The notes beneath the pieces are model-generated. The model did not search any database. It had not been told where the DNA came from and saw only the letters and a program-made list of their open reading frames with translations. Position numbers and translations under genes: made by a program. From contig JAQGDQ010002369.1 of the NCBI GenBank assembly GCA_030141605.1, positions 124,001 through 188,000 of the forward strand: 64,000 bases of DNA. Reading direction: 5' to 3'. The stretch comes from Tubiluchus corallicola. Its lineage: Eukaryota > Animalia > Priapulida. Positions 1 through 10,172 of the stretch are shown here, in pieces (positions within the stretch are counted from its first letter, which is position 1; each line of letters starts with the position of its first letter).

Positions 1-2005
1 TGAAAAAAATATGTCCCTCAAGCACCAGGATAATAAGATCGAGATAGATCATCCTACGTTAGGGAAGCGGTATTTGTATTTCGAAGATGATCTCGAGCTT
101 CTTTTTACGGAAAATGAAACGAATAACAAAAAGCTCTACGGTGAGAAAAACAAGACGCCCTTTGTTAAGGATGCTTTTCATGAATATGTCATCCATGATC
201 GAAAGGATGCCGTTAACCCCGAAAAGGTAGGAACAAAGGCGGCCGTTCATCACATCCTGGAGCTGGAAGGGAAAAAAGATCATTCCATACGCCTTCGCCT
301 CACAAAAGAACCTTCGCTTTCGACTCCTTTCAAACAGTTTGATTCTTTGATGAAGCAAAGACAAAAAGAGGCGGACGAGTTTTATCATTCCTTTCAGCCG
401 GAAAATTTGTCTGCTGATAGAAAAGACATACAGAGACAGGCCTTTGCAGGACTTCTGTGGAGTAAACAATTTTATCATTTTGTCGTTGAAGAGTGGTTGG
501 AAGGGGATGACCCTAAACAACCACCCCCCGAATCGAGGAAACAGGGAAGAAATGCAAACTGGATCCATGTTTACAATGATGACATTCTGTCTGTGCCCGA
601 TAAATGGGAGTATCCCTGGTTTGCTTCCTGGGACACAGCTTTTCATACGATTCCGCTAGCTATTGTCGATCCTGAATTTGCCAAAAAGCAGCTAACTCTT
701 CTTACCCGTGAATGGTATATGCATCCCAACGGACAGATTCCTTCTTACGAGTGGAATTTTTCCGATGTCAATCCTCCTGTTCAAGCCTGGGCTGCCTGGA
801 GGATTTATAAAATTGAGCAAAAGAAATTTGGTAGAGAAGACAAAACATTTTTGGCATCGATTTTTCAAAAGCTCCTTCTCTATTTCACCTGGTGGGTGAA
901 TCGAAAAGATGCTGAAGGAAAAAACGTTTTCCAGGGAGGATTTTTAGGTCTCGATAATGTGAGTATTTTCAACCGTAGCGATGAACTTCCTTTGGGCGGA
1001 AGCCTTACACAATCTGATGCGACGAGCTGGATGGGGATGTTTTGTCTGAATATGTGGACGATCGCCATGGAACTGGCCCAGACCGATTCTTCCTATGAGG
1101 ATATGGCGAGCAAATTCTTTGAGCATTTTCTCTATATTGCTGATGCGATCAACTATTCCCGGAAAAGAGACATGCCAACTCTTTGGAATGAAGAAGAAGG
1201 CTTTTATTTTGATCTGTTGCACTCAGTAGACGGCTCTCACATGCATTTGAAAATCCACTCTATAGTAGGTCTCATTCCTCTTCTTGCTGTGGCAACATTG
1301 GAAGAAGATCAACTCGATCGGATGAAAGGATTTAAAAGACGATTCGAATGGTTTTTGAACAACCGTCATGATCTTTGCCAGGAAGTGGCATCACTGCGAA
1401 AAGTCGGTGTGCATCATCGAAGAATTCTCTCTTTAGTGAATCAGGATCAGTTGAAAAAGATTCTATCAAAAATGCTCGATGAAAAGGAATTCTTCAGTCC
1501 TCATGGGATCCGGTCCCTTTCTCTCTTTCATAAGGATAACCCTCTTGTTCTGCCTTGCGGCGATCATTCTCTTCAAATCTCATATGAACCGGGAGAGTCA
1601 ACAGAAGCTCTTTTTGGTGGAAATTCCAACTGGAGAGGCCCCGTATGGTTCCCTCTGAATTTTCTACTGATCGAAGCATTGCAAAAGTTTCATCACTATT
1701 ATGGTGATGAATTCAAAGTCGAATGCCCGACAGGATCGGGAAATATGGTGACTCTCTGGGATGCTGCCGGTGAGATTGCCAGACGCCTTATTACTCTTTT
1801 TGAAAGAGATAAAGAAGGGAATAGGCCATTTGACGGAGAAGTTACGACCTTTCAGAAAGATCCTCTTTGGAAAGATTATATTCTATTTAATGAGTATTTC
1901 GATGGAGATACCGGCAAAGGTCTGGGAGCAAACCATCAGACTGGCTGGACGGCCCTAGTTGCCAAACTCATCCAGCAATATGGTGAACCAGGCGATCATC
2001 ATTAG
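1..2005 (+). CDS. MGH1-like/GH63 glycoside hydrolase (glucosidase), 5' end probably outside window
   Basis: Motifs PDKWEYPWFASWD, GGFLGLDN, GGNSNWRGPVW, GLGANHQTGWT. The frame is open back to the window edge, so the ATG at 11 is probably internal. Confidence 0.85.
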   Translation, partial: EKNMSLKHQDNKIEIDHPTLGKRYLYFEDDLELLFTENETNNKKLYGEKNKTPFVKDAFHEYVIHDRKDAVNPEKVGTKAAVHHILELEGKKDHSIRLRLTKEPSLSTPFKQFDSLMKQRQKEADEFYHSFQPENLSADRKDIQRQAFAGLLWSKQFYHFVVEEWLEGDDPKQPPPESRKQGRNANWIHVYNDDILSVPDKWEYPWFASWDTAFHTIPLAIVDPEFAKKQLTLLTREWYMHPNGQIPSYEWNFSDVNPPVQAWAAWRIYKIEQKKFGREDKTFLASIFQKLLLYFTWWVNRKDAEGKNVFQGGFLGLDNVSIFNRSDELPLGGSLTQSDATSWMGMFCLNMWTIAMELAQTDSSYEDMASKFFEHFLYIADAINYSRKRDMPTLWNEEEGFYFDLLHSVDGSHMHLKIHSIVGLIPLLAVATLEEDQLDRMKGFKRRFEWFLNNRHDLCQEVASLRKVGVHHRRILSLVNQDQLKKILSKMLDEKEFFSPHGIRSLSLFHKDNPLVLPCGDHSLQISYEPGESTEALFGGNSNWRGPVWFPLNFLLIEALQKFHHYYGDEFKVECPTGSGNMVTLWDAAGEIARRLITLFERDKEGNRPFDGEVTTFQKDPLWKDYILFNEYFDGDTGKGLGANHQTGWTALVAKLIQQYGEPGDHH

Positions 2006-2247
2006 GACAGTCTCTGAAGTGAAAGTCTTTTCGTTAGACGAACGAATAATAGTGTCTGTTGTTTCAGGTATTGTTTTCCTTCTGATAAATTGAATGCATT
2101 AATTTGTTAAAAATAAAAATTACACAGAGTAATTTAGCAAACAATGCATTATTAATACCTTTCGTAAATTTCTGTACTTTATTCCTCCAAAGATTTAGCC
2201 TTCGTCACCTTCTTAATCGTTTGTTAACATAAAAAAAAAGTAATCTT

Positions 2248-3666
2248 ATGTCTTCTGAAATTCTTTCCAATGTCGTTGATATTTCTGATTCCGCTGATCC
2301 TGAAGCTTATCTTCATTATGATGAGGAAGATGGTTTTTCTTCATCTCATGAGCTTCGATTGGAATCGAACCAAAAAGCCTGGCAGGTTTATTTTCATGAA
2401 GCTCTGCATACCTATGGCTATGACAAGATAGAGAGAGTCCTTCATAGATACTTTCAGCCTTATGAGAATCCCTTCTGTCATGTTCAGCCTTTTTCTCCTG
2501 ATAGAGTTGAAAAGATTGAAGTAGGCGCAGCCTACCTCACCATCGAAGATTTGCGTAAAAAGGCTTTGGGACAGGATCTCTCCAAAATGGAAGATGAACA
2601 GATTTTCGATTACATGAAAGCGATGAACTATCACCCCTATTTTGGTAAGAAAATCGAGGATATCGGTACTCAACCAACAGAGGAAGATGCTCTTTACTAT
2701 TACAATCTGTTTCTGGCCGAAAAAGAAGCCCTTCAACTCTTTCAGCACTCTGAAGGGATGAGAGAGAAGCATGCCTATGAAGAGTTGATGGCAAAAATGA
2801 TCGCACCACGACTTCCACGGGAAGGGACGATCTTTCCTGTTCCTGTGGGTGATCATGATGTTTGTTACTTCACTGTTCACAAGATTCTTGTTACAGGAGA
2901 AGGACTCGTAGCTTTAGCCATGAAACCCATTACGGAAAGTGGAGCGAAGAAGCATCCCCCATTCCTCGTTTTCCGCGCAGCGCAAATGTATTATACGGGC
3001 CTCGATGCACTTTCCACCTGGGTGAACAATTGCGAGTGGAATGTCGGTCTTTCCGGATACACTTCAGGTAAGGAAAAATTGCAAGAGCTCATGATCGATC
3101 CAGAGTTCCGTTCGCCCGATCAAAGAATCCAGGTTATGGGATTCAGTTTGGGTGGAGTCCATGCGCAACGGTTTGTATGCGATTATGTTGAAGATGTAGA
3201 AGAAGCAATCTTTTTCAATGATTTGGCGATCGAAGAGGAAACAGCGGATCGGTTTGCTGAAAAAGTCAATGCCTGGCCAGAAGATCACCCTAAGGTTAAA
3301 TTCACCGTCTATCGTGCGGATGAAGATCATTACGCCTATTTTGGCGATGTCCATGTAGGGAAAGGGTGCAATGACCATCCCGCCTTTGACCTCGATTACG
3401 TCGAAATCTTTTCCAATATCGAATTCCCTCCTGGAGGTTTTCTCCACACATTCCGTTTCTTTTCCCAAAAAGACTCGTGCGAGCTAAAGACCTTTAAGGG
3501 GAAGGATGCTGATGAAAAGCTCCATTTCTCCCGGCAGAGCAATTTTATCCGTTGTATGGAGCTTCTTCGTAAGACCTTGGGAGTCTTTGTTTTGTATCCA
3601 ATCTTTTGGATTTCCCGTTTCATCTCAAAAAATCTGATCGGTAGAAGGGTCGATGACATGTTATAA
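2248..3666 (+). CDS. alpha/beta-hydrolase, lipase class-3-like, putative effector
   Basis: 472-aa ORF with GFSLGG nucleophile elbow, upstream LVFR strand and a C-terminal hydrophobic helix; AT-rich upstream region. Confidence 0.6.
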   Translation: MSSEILSNVVDISDSADPEAYLHYDEEDGFSSSHELRLESNQKAWQVYFHEALHTYGYDKIERVLHRYFQPYENPFCHVQPFSPDRVEKIEVGAAYLTIEDLRKKALGQDLSKMEDEQIFDYMKAMNYHPYFGKKIEDIGTQPTEEDALYYYNLFLAEKEALQLFQHSEGMREKHAYEELMAKMIAPRLPREGTIFPVPVGDHDVCYFTVHKILVTGEGLVALAMKPITESGAKKHPPFLVFRAAQMYYTGLDALSTWVNNCEWNVGLSGYTSGKEKLQELMIDPEFRSPDQRIQVMGFSLGGVHAQRFVCDYVEDVEEAIFFNDLAIEEETADRFAEKVNAWPEDHPKVKFTVYRADEDHYAYFGDVHVGKGCNDHPAFDLDYVEIFSNIEFPPGGFLHTFRFFSQKDSCELKTFKGKDADEKLHFSRQSNFIRCMELLRKTLGVFVLYPIFWISRFISKNLIGRRVDDML

Positions 3667-3734
3667 ATAAAATTTTAACATGTTGGTTAATATAGTATAA
3701 AAATCTTTAATATTAGTTATTTTATATAATTACG

Positions 3735-3743
3735 TGTTATAAT
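3735..3743 (+). promoter_or_regulatory. extended -10 promoter element (TGnTATAAT)
   Basis: TGTTATAAT about 35 nt upstream of the ATG at 3777; equivalent TGTTATTAT at 4833-4841 upstream of the paralog. Confidence 0.5.
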
Positions 3744-3776
3744 ACCTGTCTTATAAAAAATAATTTAGGTAATAAC

Positions 3777-4682
3777 ATGTCAATTCCAGAAGGACATTTT
3801 GACGTACTGACAGCTCAGATCACGAGTTACAGAGAATCTTTAGGTTCTCAGTCTTCCCATGCAGGCAGGCTAAAATACAACAGCTTTGCTCGTGACTATG
3901 CAAAGCTTGAAAGTCAGCTTAATCCAAAGGATAAGGCCCTTTTTAAAAGGAGTGCTGCAGTTCAGAAAGTTTTCAAGGAGCTCAGACTATTGAAAGAGGC
4001 GATGGCTTCAGGGACAACCTTCCCAAAAAGGCAATACCAGCCATTCACCTTCACTGAAGTTGATCAGGGATTAGTATTAGCTGGAACCGGTTCTTTAGTT
4101 CTCTCTTATGGATTGAGCGCATCCTATGCAGCTGTAGCATGGCCTGTTTCCATTGCTGCATTTACTATTTTGGGAGGCAAAAAGGTTTATGATTCTTGTT
4201 GCGCCAGACCTGCAAAAGTAAAAGTAGAAAGCGACCAGCAACCTGTAGTTTCCAGTGCAGTATCCAGCAGGAGCGATACATTGAGACGTAGGGGAGGAAT
4301 CCCATCAACAGATAGAAAAAAGAGAGAAGAGCCAATAGAACAACCAAATCTTTCTCAATTGGCCGCACGTCAAAGAGGAATGGCTCCCGGTAAGCACTAT
4401 ACTGTTCGCCTTGGCGGCAAATCACTATTTAGCCAATCATCAAATTTACTGGAGCGGTTGAAGAGTAGTAACGGTCGTCCTACTTACGGGCTCCTTTCTT
4501 ATGGAAATACAGTATATGCTGTGCGAGCCTCAGCAGATTTCCAGCATTTTGACATTGCCAGCTCCTTTGATGATATCGGAACCGTTCGAGGAGAAAGGTT
4601 TTCTTATGCGGAGATGATCAGCCTAAATACCCGACATCCTGATGTGCGCGGGATTGAGCTTCTTGTGATGACACAAGAATAG
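3777..4682 (+). CDS. Inc-like membrane protein (long hydrophobic segment), paralog of 4869-6213
   Basis: 301 aa; ~37-aa hydrophobic stretch GLVLAG...FTILGG followed by KKVYDSCC; N-terminal ~150 aa clearly alignable to the downstream gene. Confidence 0.65.
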   Translation: MSIPEGHFDVLTAQITSYRESLGSQSSHAGRLKYNSFARDYAKLESQLNPKDKALFKRSAAVQKVFKELRLLKEAMASGTTFPKRQYQPFTFTEVDQGLVLAGTGSLVLSYGLSASYAAVAWPVSIAAFTILGGKKVYDSCCARPAKVKVESDQQPVVSSAVSSRSDTLRRRGGIPSTDRKKREEPIEQPNLSQLAARQRGMAPGKHYTVRLGGKSLFSQSSNLLERLKSSNGRPTYGLLSYGNTVYAVRASADFQHFDIASSFDDIGTVRGERFSYAEMISLNTRHPDVRGIELLVMTQE

Positions 4683-4868
4683 GGAATTTTATATTGTAAG
4701 CGACTTATTTTTAACCACTTCCTTCTATATTCCTTGAAGAATGTTTTAATTTCATTAAATTAATAAAATAATTTATATATTATACCAATGTATAAAAGAT
4801 TTTAATATTAGTTTTTTTTTATAACTATACTGTGTTATTATGCCTTTATAATAAATAATATCGAGGTA

Positions 4869-6213
4869 ATGACTATGTCAGCCTCAAGTGACTTTAGAGA
4901 GCTTTCAGCTTCAATTGTAAGTTATAGAGAATCTTTAGGTTCTAACTCTGTCCATGAAGACAAACGTAAATACAACGAGTTTGCCCGCTATTATCAAAGG
5001 CTTGAAGGCCAGCTTCAACTTTCTTCTGAACAACGAAGTCTTTTTGTGAAAACTTCTGATGTTCAAGAGGTGTTCATGCAACTCAGACTGTTGAAAGAAG
5101 CAATTGGGAAGCCAATCTCACAAAGACGATGCCAGTCTCTAACCTTTGATGGGGTAGATCAGGGATTAGCCTTAAGTAGTGCTATGTGGACTGCCTGCAG
5201 CTTATGCTTCTGTAGCATGGCCTGTTTCTCTTACAGCGCTTGGTCTTTTGGGAGTCAAAAAAGTTTATGATTCTTGTTGCGGCAGACCCGCAAAAGTAAA
5301 AGTTGAGCCTACTGTTAGAGGATCTACATCAGTAGCTTCTCCTTCTCATCCCAGCCTACGCTATCGCGGTAGTAGTGATCGTAAAGATCATAAAGGATCG
5401 GATGTAGACTATATGGGAATGAGCCGATCAGAACTGGAAGCGTTAAGCCGCCACCAAGAATATATGTTGAGCAGAACGTTTCATAGTGAACTCCGGTCAT
5501 ACGGAGCAGGATTTACTCAATTCAACATTCCTACTTTGGGCAATATTGGGAATCCTGCTTGTGCTGCGATTGCGACATTAGCACTGGCCAGGCAGTTTCG
5601 AGGAGATTTGACTTCAGGTGAAGAGGAGGGAGATGCGGTTACTGCGGGAGCTGTATTCTATCAGCGGATCATGCACATTCTTATGAATGACGAACGCTAT
5701 GCAGATTTCCGTCCAGCGCTTGACGCTCATCTTCCTATGGATGCAGTATGGGGAGTGTTGAAAGATAACAGGAATGGAGCGCTTGCTGAGTATAAGTGGG
5801 TCTATGATGCCTTGGCCCCTGAAGAAAACGTTTATGGACACTTGGCAATACCTAGAGATAATTTGAGACCAGGCCATGAAGCAGAACAAATTGCTGACTC
5901 TGTTAACGGCCTTATTTGTCCAAGCGGCGGAACCGTTGGTGGAATTTTAACTGTCGGGAGAGAGACCTACTTTGTAATGGTTTCAAGAAGCGTCGATGGA
6001 TTGAGAAAAACAGTAGATTTTTTCAACTCTCATGGTGAGGGCAGGTATGGTGCAGCAAAGCTTCACTTTACTTCTGTAGAGAGGTTTGCAAACTTCATGG
6101 CCAATAAAAGAGCTGCTGTTCCTGAAAAAGATCTCAAGCTTCTAGCCTCTCAAGGGTATCGAGTAGCTATGGATGCCAATCAGTTTGGAATTTTACAAGT
6201 AGGAAGGAAATAA
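4869..6213 (+). pseudogene. frameshifted Inc-like protein with C-terminal VTD/herpes-tegument-like deubiquitinase domain
   Basis: ORFs 4869-5270 and 5179-6213 align consecutively to the 3777-4682 paralog, with a net 17-nt deficit at 5175-5187. C-terminal motifs FTQF...GNPAC and FFNSHG. Confidence 0.65.
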
Positions 6214-6238
6214 TGATTGAGAAGTTTCTTGCTCTATT

Positions 6239-9148
6239 TCAGTCTTCAGTTCCAGATGTCAAAGGATTGGTCTTCACATTGACGATGTATTTCCCTGCGC
6301 TTGTGATTTGATCGCAGGTGATTCCTTTATAGGTAAAAGGGCTGGGATCCAGAGGTTTTCCTTCGAAAAGGATCGCCAGTCTTTTTTTATTGTCCCTTGA
6401 GATGAAGTTCCGGCAATAGCTGAGAAACTCATCATAGCCCAGATTTTCCAGTCCTTCTATTCGCTCCTCGATCCAGGAGAAATTCTCATATTCAAAAGCG
6501 AGTTTGTTCAAAAGGGATGCTTTCTCTGCCTGGTTGCGCGTTCCTAACTGGCGGAGTGTAATGATCAGGCTATCTTTAATGCTTTCAAAACGTTCCCTTG
6601 GAAACTGGTAAGGCATTTCCTGAAGGAATTCTTCGAGGAAAAGTTCAAATCGGTAGATCAAATCCAATGGCTGGTGCGAGGAAGACTGTACGGCAAAGTA
6701 TTGAAAAAGCCTCATTTCTACTTCTTCATCCCAGGCTTTGGCGATGTAGGCCGTTTGCTGTTTGGTGCGAAGCGTTGAGAAAAAAGCCTCGCGCAGGGCA
6801 GCGGCAAGAACGTTTTGTGCAGCGCGTGCTTGGAAAGAGAAAGGACCCTGATCGAGTACAAGGATAACCCCATTGCCTTGAGCGATGGTCTCTTTCTGAA
6901 TCATAAAAGGTCCGTCGGGAAAGGCCAGAACTTTTCTGTGGTGGTGATTTTTTTTAGGATAAGAATTTCCGGAAAGTAGATGGCGGATATCCAACCAGAT
7001 GCTTTCTGCATCCTTGAGAGTCAGATTTCCTGAAAGAAGAGCTTCCGTATAGGTCGTTTCGAATAGATTTATCTGAAAGGTGGTGAACTCCTCATAAGAG
7101 AGCATTTCCAGGGCACTGTATTTTTCACTAGAGGTTGGCTGGTCGGTTGTTGTGACCGAGTTCAAGAGTTCCTTTGCCTGAAAGACAGGAAGCTCTCTTT
7201 GCATGTTCTCATATTTTTTCAGAACATAGGCTCGATCACTTTCAAATTTGTTCTCATCGATTTCCCAGCGCGTCATTACTTTGAGAATTTCTTCGACGAG
7301 AAGAGGAGCTTTTTCACTATATCCCTGAATAGAGATCGTGAACTGGCATTGATCTGCGCTGAAATTGGCTTCCAGGCCGGAACTTCTGGCGCAAGAAAGG
7401 ACAGGATCGAGACTTTCGATTAGGGATTTCAGGTAGAGGTCAGACATTGCGCGTGCTTTTGGACTTCCATCGAGCTGTGGGGAGCGAATATGAAGAAGAT
7501 GGGTGATCTCAGGGGTGAAGAAGGCCTCATCTTTTGCATAAAAGACTTTTCCATGTTCATTTTCGACAATGCGAATAGGGTCTTTGGTAAAAGGAAGTTC
7601 TTCGCTTTGGTTCACAACTTTGAGTTGAGAGGGAAGAAAGGGTGAAGGATCGGCAATTTTGATGTCACTATGGACTGTAGAGCTGTTCCATTGGTTGTAG
7701 GCAGACTTGTCGATATTACGGAAGGCATATTGACCACCGAGCCATTTTTCCTGTTTTGTAGGAGATACTTTTGTTTTTTCAGACGGAGCCAGAACATAAA
7801 AGTGGCAGCTATCTGGAGTGAGTTCGTGAAGAAGAGTCTGCACTGCTTGTGGATTGAAAACGGTAGGCAGCAGAAGTTTTTGAGGATAAGTAGACAAATC
7901 CTCGTCCTTCAGAGTAGCTCCATGTTGCATCACGAATTCAAAAGGATCTTCACGGACCTGATATTCGTAATTGATCCGGCTCATCGTTTTCATCTCATGA
8001 AAAAGATAAGGAGGAATGCCGGTTTGTTTCATCCCTTCGAGAGTCTGAAAAGTTCTGGTGATGACTGTGTTGAGATCATTAACTCCCTGATCGGTCAATT
8101 CGATCTCAATTTGAAAAAGGAGGTGATAATCGCCCAGTCTCTCAATACCGATGTCGAGTTTCTCTGCGAGCTTCTCTTTTTTGAGAGCTTCTATAAGACT
8201 TTTTTTCTGTCCTCTTTTCAGAGCATAGGCGATCAGATCGACCGATTTTGATTCTTCGTGAATATACGAGGGATCTACTTCCCATTCGAGGTATAGTTTT
8301 TGAGTGTTACGAATGGGCTCGACGAAGACGAACTTTCCAGATTGATCATCTGAAGAAAGAGGTTGGTCGACCACTAGATCATCTGCACCGCGATTGGGTA
8401 CTTGGGAGAAGATCAAAGCCACTTTTTCTTTAAGATCTTCAATAGGTAAGGGAGAATAAACGACAAGGTGCATCCTATTGGCACTGTAACTTTTTTCGTA
8501 CCAGCCTTTCAGTTCATTGTGGGGAATAATGGAAAGGGTTTGTGAATTTCCACAGGAAAATTTGGCATTGGGATGATTCTGGTTTCCGATTTCTTTGGAG
8601 ATTTGATACAACCTCCAATTGTCATTTTCAATGTTCTTGGCATATTCCTGGTCGACGGCATGAAGCTCTCTGGCAACGCCTGAAGGATGCAGGAGAGGAT
8701 CGATAAAAAAGTGGGCAAATCGGTCAAAGGCATCATCAAATGCCTCCTGATTGATCGAAAACATGAAAACTGTCCGATCAAAAGAAGTGAATGCGTTTGT
8801 CTTTCCTGAATTGTCAAGGATGACGCGCCAGAACTCATTTTCGTTGGGATAAGTCTCAGATCCCATGAAGAGCATATGTTCAGTGAAATGGGCCATTCCG
8901 GGATATGCTGCAGGATCACTCCAGGAACCAACGCCAATTGAAAGGGCGGCAGCAGACTGGTCAGCTTTGTCATCGGAGATCAATAATGCCTGCAGACCGT
9001 TATGGAGGCGGATCTTAGCGCATTTTCGATTTTTCAGAGAGGGATTGAGAACTTGCAACTCACATTGATCTTTGATTTCCTGATACAGCTTTTCTTGGGA
9101 AAAGAGAAAAATGGGAAGGCTGAGAAAGAAAAGAATGATATTACGCAT
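6239..9148 (-). CDS. ptr: insulinase-family (M16) metalloprotease, pitrilysin-like
   Basis: 969 aa, signal peptide, HFTEH (HxxEH) motif, TNAFT; adjacent to plsB as in Chlamydia. Confidence 0.92.
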   Translation of the reverse strand: MRNIILFFLSLPIFLFSQEKLYQEIKDQCELQVLNPSLKNRKCAKIRLHNGLQALLISDDKADQSAAALSIGVGSWSDPAAYPGMAHFTEHMLFMGSETYPNENEFWRVILDNSGKTNAFTSFDRTVFMFSINQEAFDDAFDRFAHFFIDPLLHPSGVARELHAVDQEYAKNIENDNWRLYQISKEIGNQNHPNAKFSCGNSQTLSIIPHNELKGWYEKSYSANRMHLVVYSPLPIEDLKEKVALIFSQVPNRGADDLVVDQPLSSDDQSGKFVFVEPIRNTQKLYLEWEVDPSYIHEESKSVDLIAYALKRGQKKSLIEALKKEKLAEKLDIGIERLGDYHLLFQIEIELTDQGVNDLNTVITRTFQTLEGMKQTGIPPYLFHEMKTMSRINYEYQVREDPFEFVMQHGATLKDEDLSTYPQKLLLPTVFNPQAVQTLLHELTPDSCHFYVLAPSEKTKVSPTKQEKWLGGQYAFRNIDKSAYNQWNSSTVHSDIKIADPSPFLPSQLKVVNQSEELPFTKDPIRIVENEHGKVFYAKDEAFFTPEITHLLHIRSPQLDGSPKARAMSDLYLKSLIESLDPVLSCARSSGLEANFSADQCQFTISIQGYSEKAPLLVEEILKVMTRWEIDENKFESDRAYVLKKYENMQRELPVFQAKELLNSVTTTDQPTSSEKYSALEMLSYEEFTTFQINLFETTYTEALLSGNLTLKDAESIWLDIRHLLSGNSYPKKNHHHRKVLAFPDGPFMIQKETIAQGNGVILVLDQGPFSFQARAAQNVLAAALREAFFSTLRTKQQTAYIAKAWDEEVEMRLFQYFAVQSSSHQPLDLIYRFELFLEEFLQEMPYQFPRERFESIKDSLIITLRQLGTRNQAEKASLLNKLAFEYENFSWIEERIEGLENLGYDEFLSYCRNFISRDNKKRLAILFEGKPLDPSPFTYKGITCDQITSAGKYIVNVKTNPLTSGTED

Positions 9149-10172
9149 TGATGACCCCTTTCATGATTTTTTGATAATCCCGATCGACGAGATTCCAAAT
9201 CGCTTCGGCCCGCTTTTTGCGGAGAAGAGATCTTTCCTTTATATCGGACGTACAGATTGATTCCATATCTATTTTTTCCCCAAACGCAGCGGCGATGGGA
9301 ACGCGTTGGGTAGATCGGACTTCTCCCAGTTCTATCTGCACTGTATTGGGAGGAGGAAGAATAGCATAGGTCGCTAGAGCAAGAGGATAAAAATGGGTAG
9401 GTCTACCCGCTTTTTGCGCCATCAGATAGAACATTTGGATGCTGGCCGGATCGAAGGGAGCGACATCGATGTTTCCTTTTTCGTCGGGACGGTCCCGCCC
9501 GCCACTCGGAGCGACATAGATCATTTTTCCTCCCTCAGAAAGCAATTGGCTCATTAGTTCCATCGTTCTTTTGTTATGGAGTTGTTTTTCATGTTTCAAT
9601 TCCAGGGGATTGTCGATGTATTTTTTCGAATAGATGCACAAAAGGTCGCAGCCCATACTGAATGGGATAGCGAGAGGATCAGTTATCACCCTTTCTCCAG
9701 CGACATAAATGATTTTTTCTCCAAGGTCGGCAAAGTCTTTTTCCAGAAGAACGGCAAGGGCTTGAGGATCGGTTTCCGTTTGATGATTGGCAAGGAAGAT
9801 AACATTTTCCTTCCTCTCTAGGCTTTGGCGAATTTCCCGTAGATGGTTTTCCCCCAATACCTGAGATTTTTCCCGATCTACAAGAGGGCGGATAAAATCG
9901 AGGCTGAATTTGTAGTAATCAAAAGGCTCTCGGATTTTTTGATGATAGGAATCAAAGAGATGAGGTGTGATGAATTGTTCCATGATGAGATCAAGAAAAT
10001 TTAAAAAGAGAGCATCGATCTCTTTCACAGCAAGGTGGGCGTCTCGGGTTGCATCCTTATAATTTTCATAAAAGGAACGCATGATCCCACGGTATTTTTC
10101 AGGAACTTTCCCTGCCTCAGTGAGTTCATTGAGTTTTTGAATAAAAGAATCAGTGTTCGATTTTTTCGTCAT
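9141..10172 (-). CDS. plsB: glycerol-3-phosphate acyltransferase (plastid/chlamydial type)
   Basis: NHQTETDP (HX4D) and APSGGRDR motifs; ATG at 10172 preferred over TTG at 10193. Confidence 0.9.
   Translation of the reverse strand: MTKKSNTDSFIQKLNELTEAGKVPEKYRGIMRSFYENYKDATRDAHLAVKEIDALFLNFLDLIMEQFITPHLFDSYHQKIREPFDYYKFSLDFIRPLVDREKSQVLGENHLREIRQSLERKENVIFLANHQTETDPQALAVLLEKDFADLGEKIIYVAGERVITDPLAIPFSMGCDLLCIYSKKYIDNPLELKHEKQLHNKRTMELMSQLLSEGGKMIYVAPSGGRDRPDEKGNIDVAPFDPASIQMFYLMAQKAGRPTHFYPLALATYAILPPPNTVQIELGEVRSTQRVPIAAAFGEKIDMESICTSDIKERSLLRKKRAEAIWNLVDRDYQKIMKGVINA

Noticed and set aside
9141-10172. Plastid-type PlsB as a novel horizontal transfer
   Set aside because: Already a known general feature of chlamydiae.
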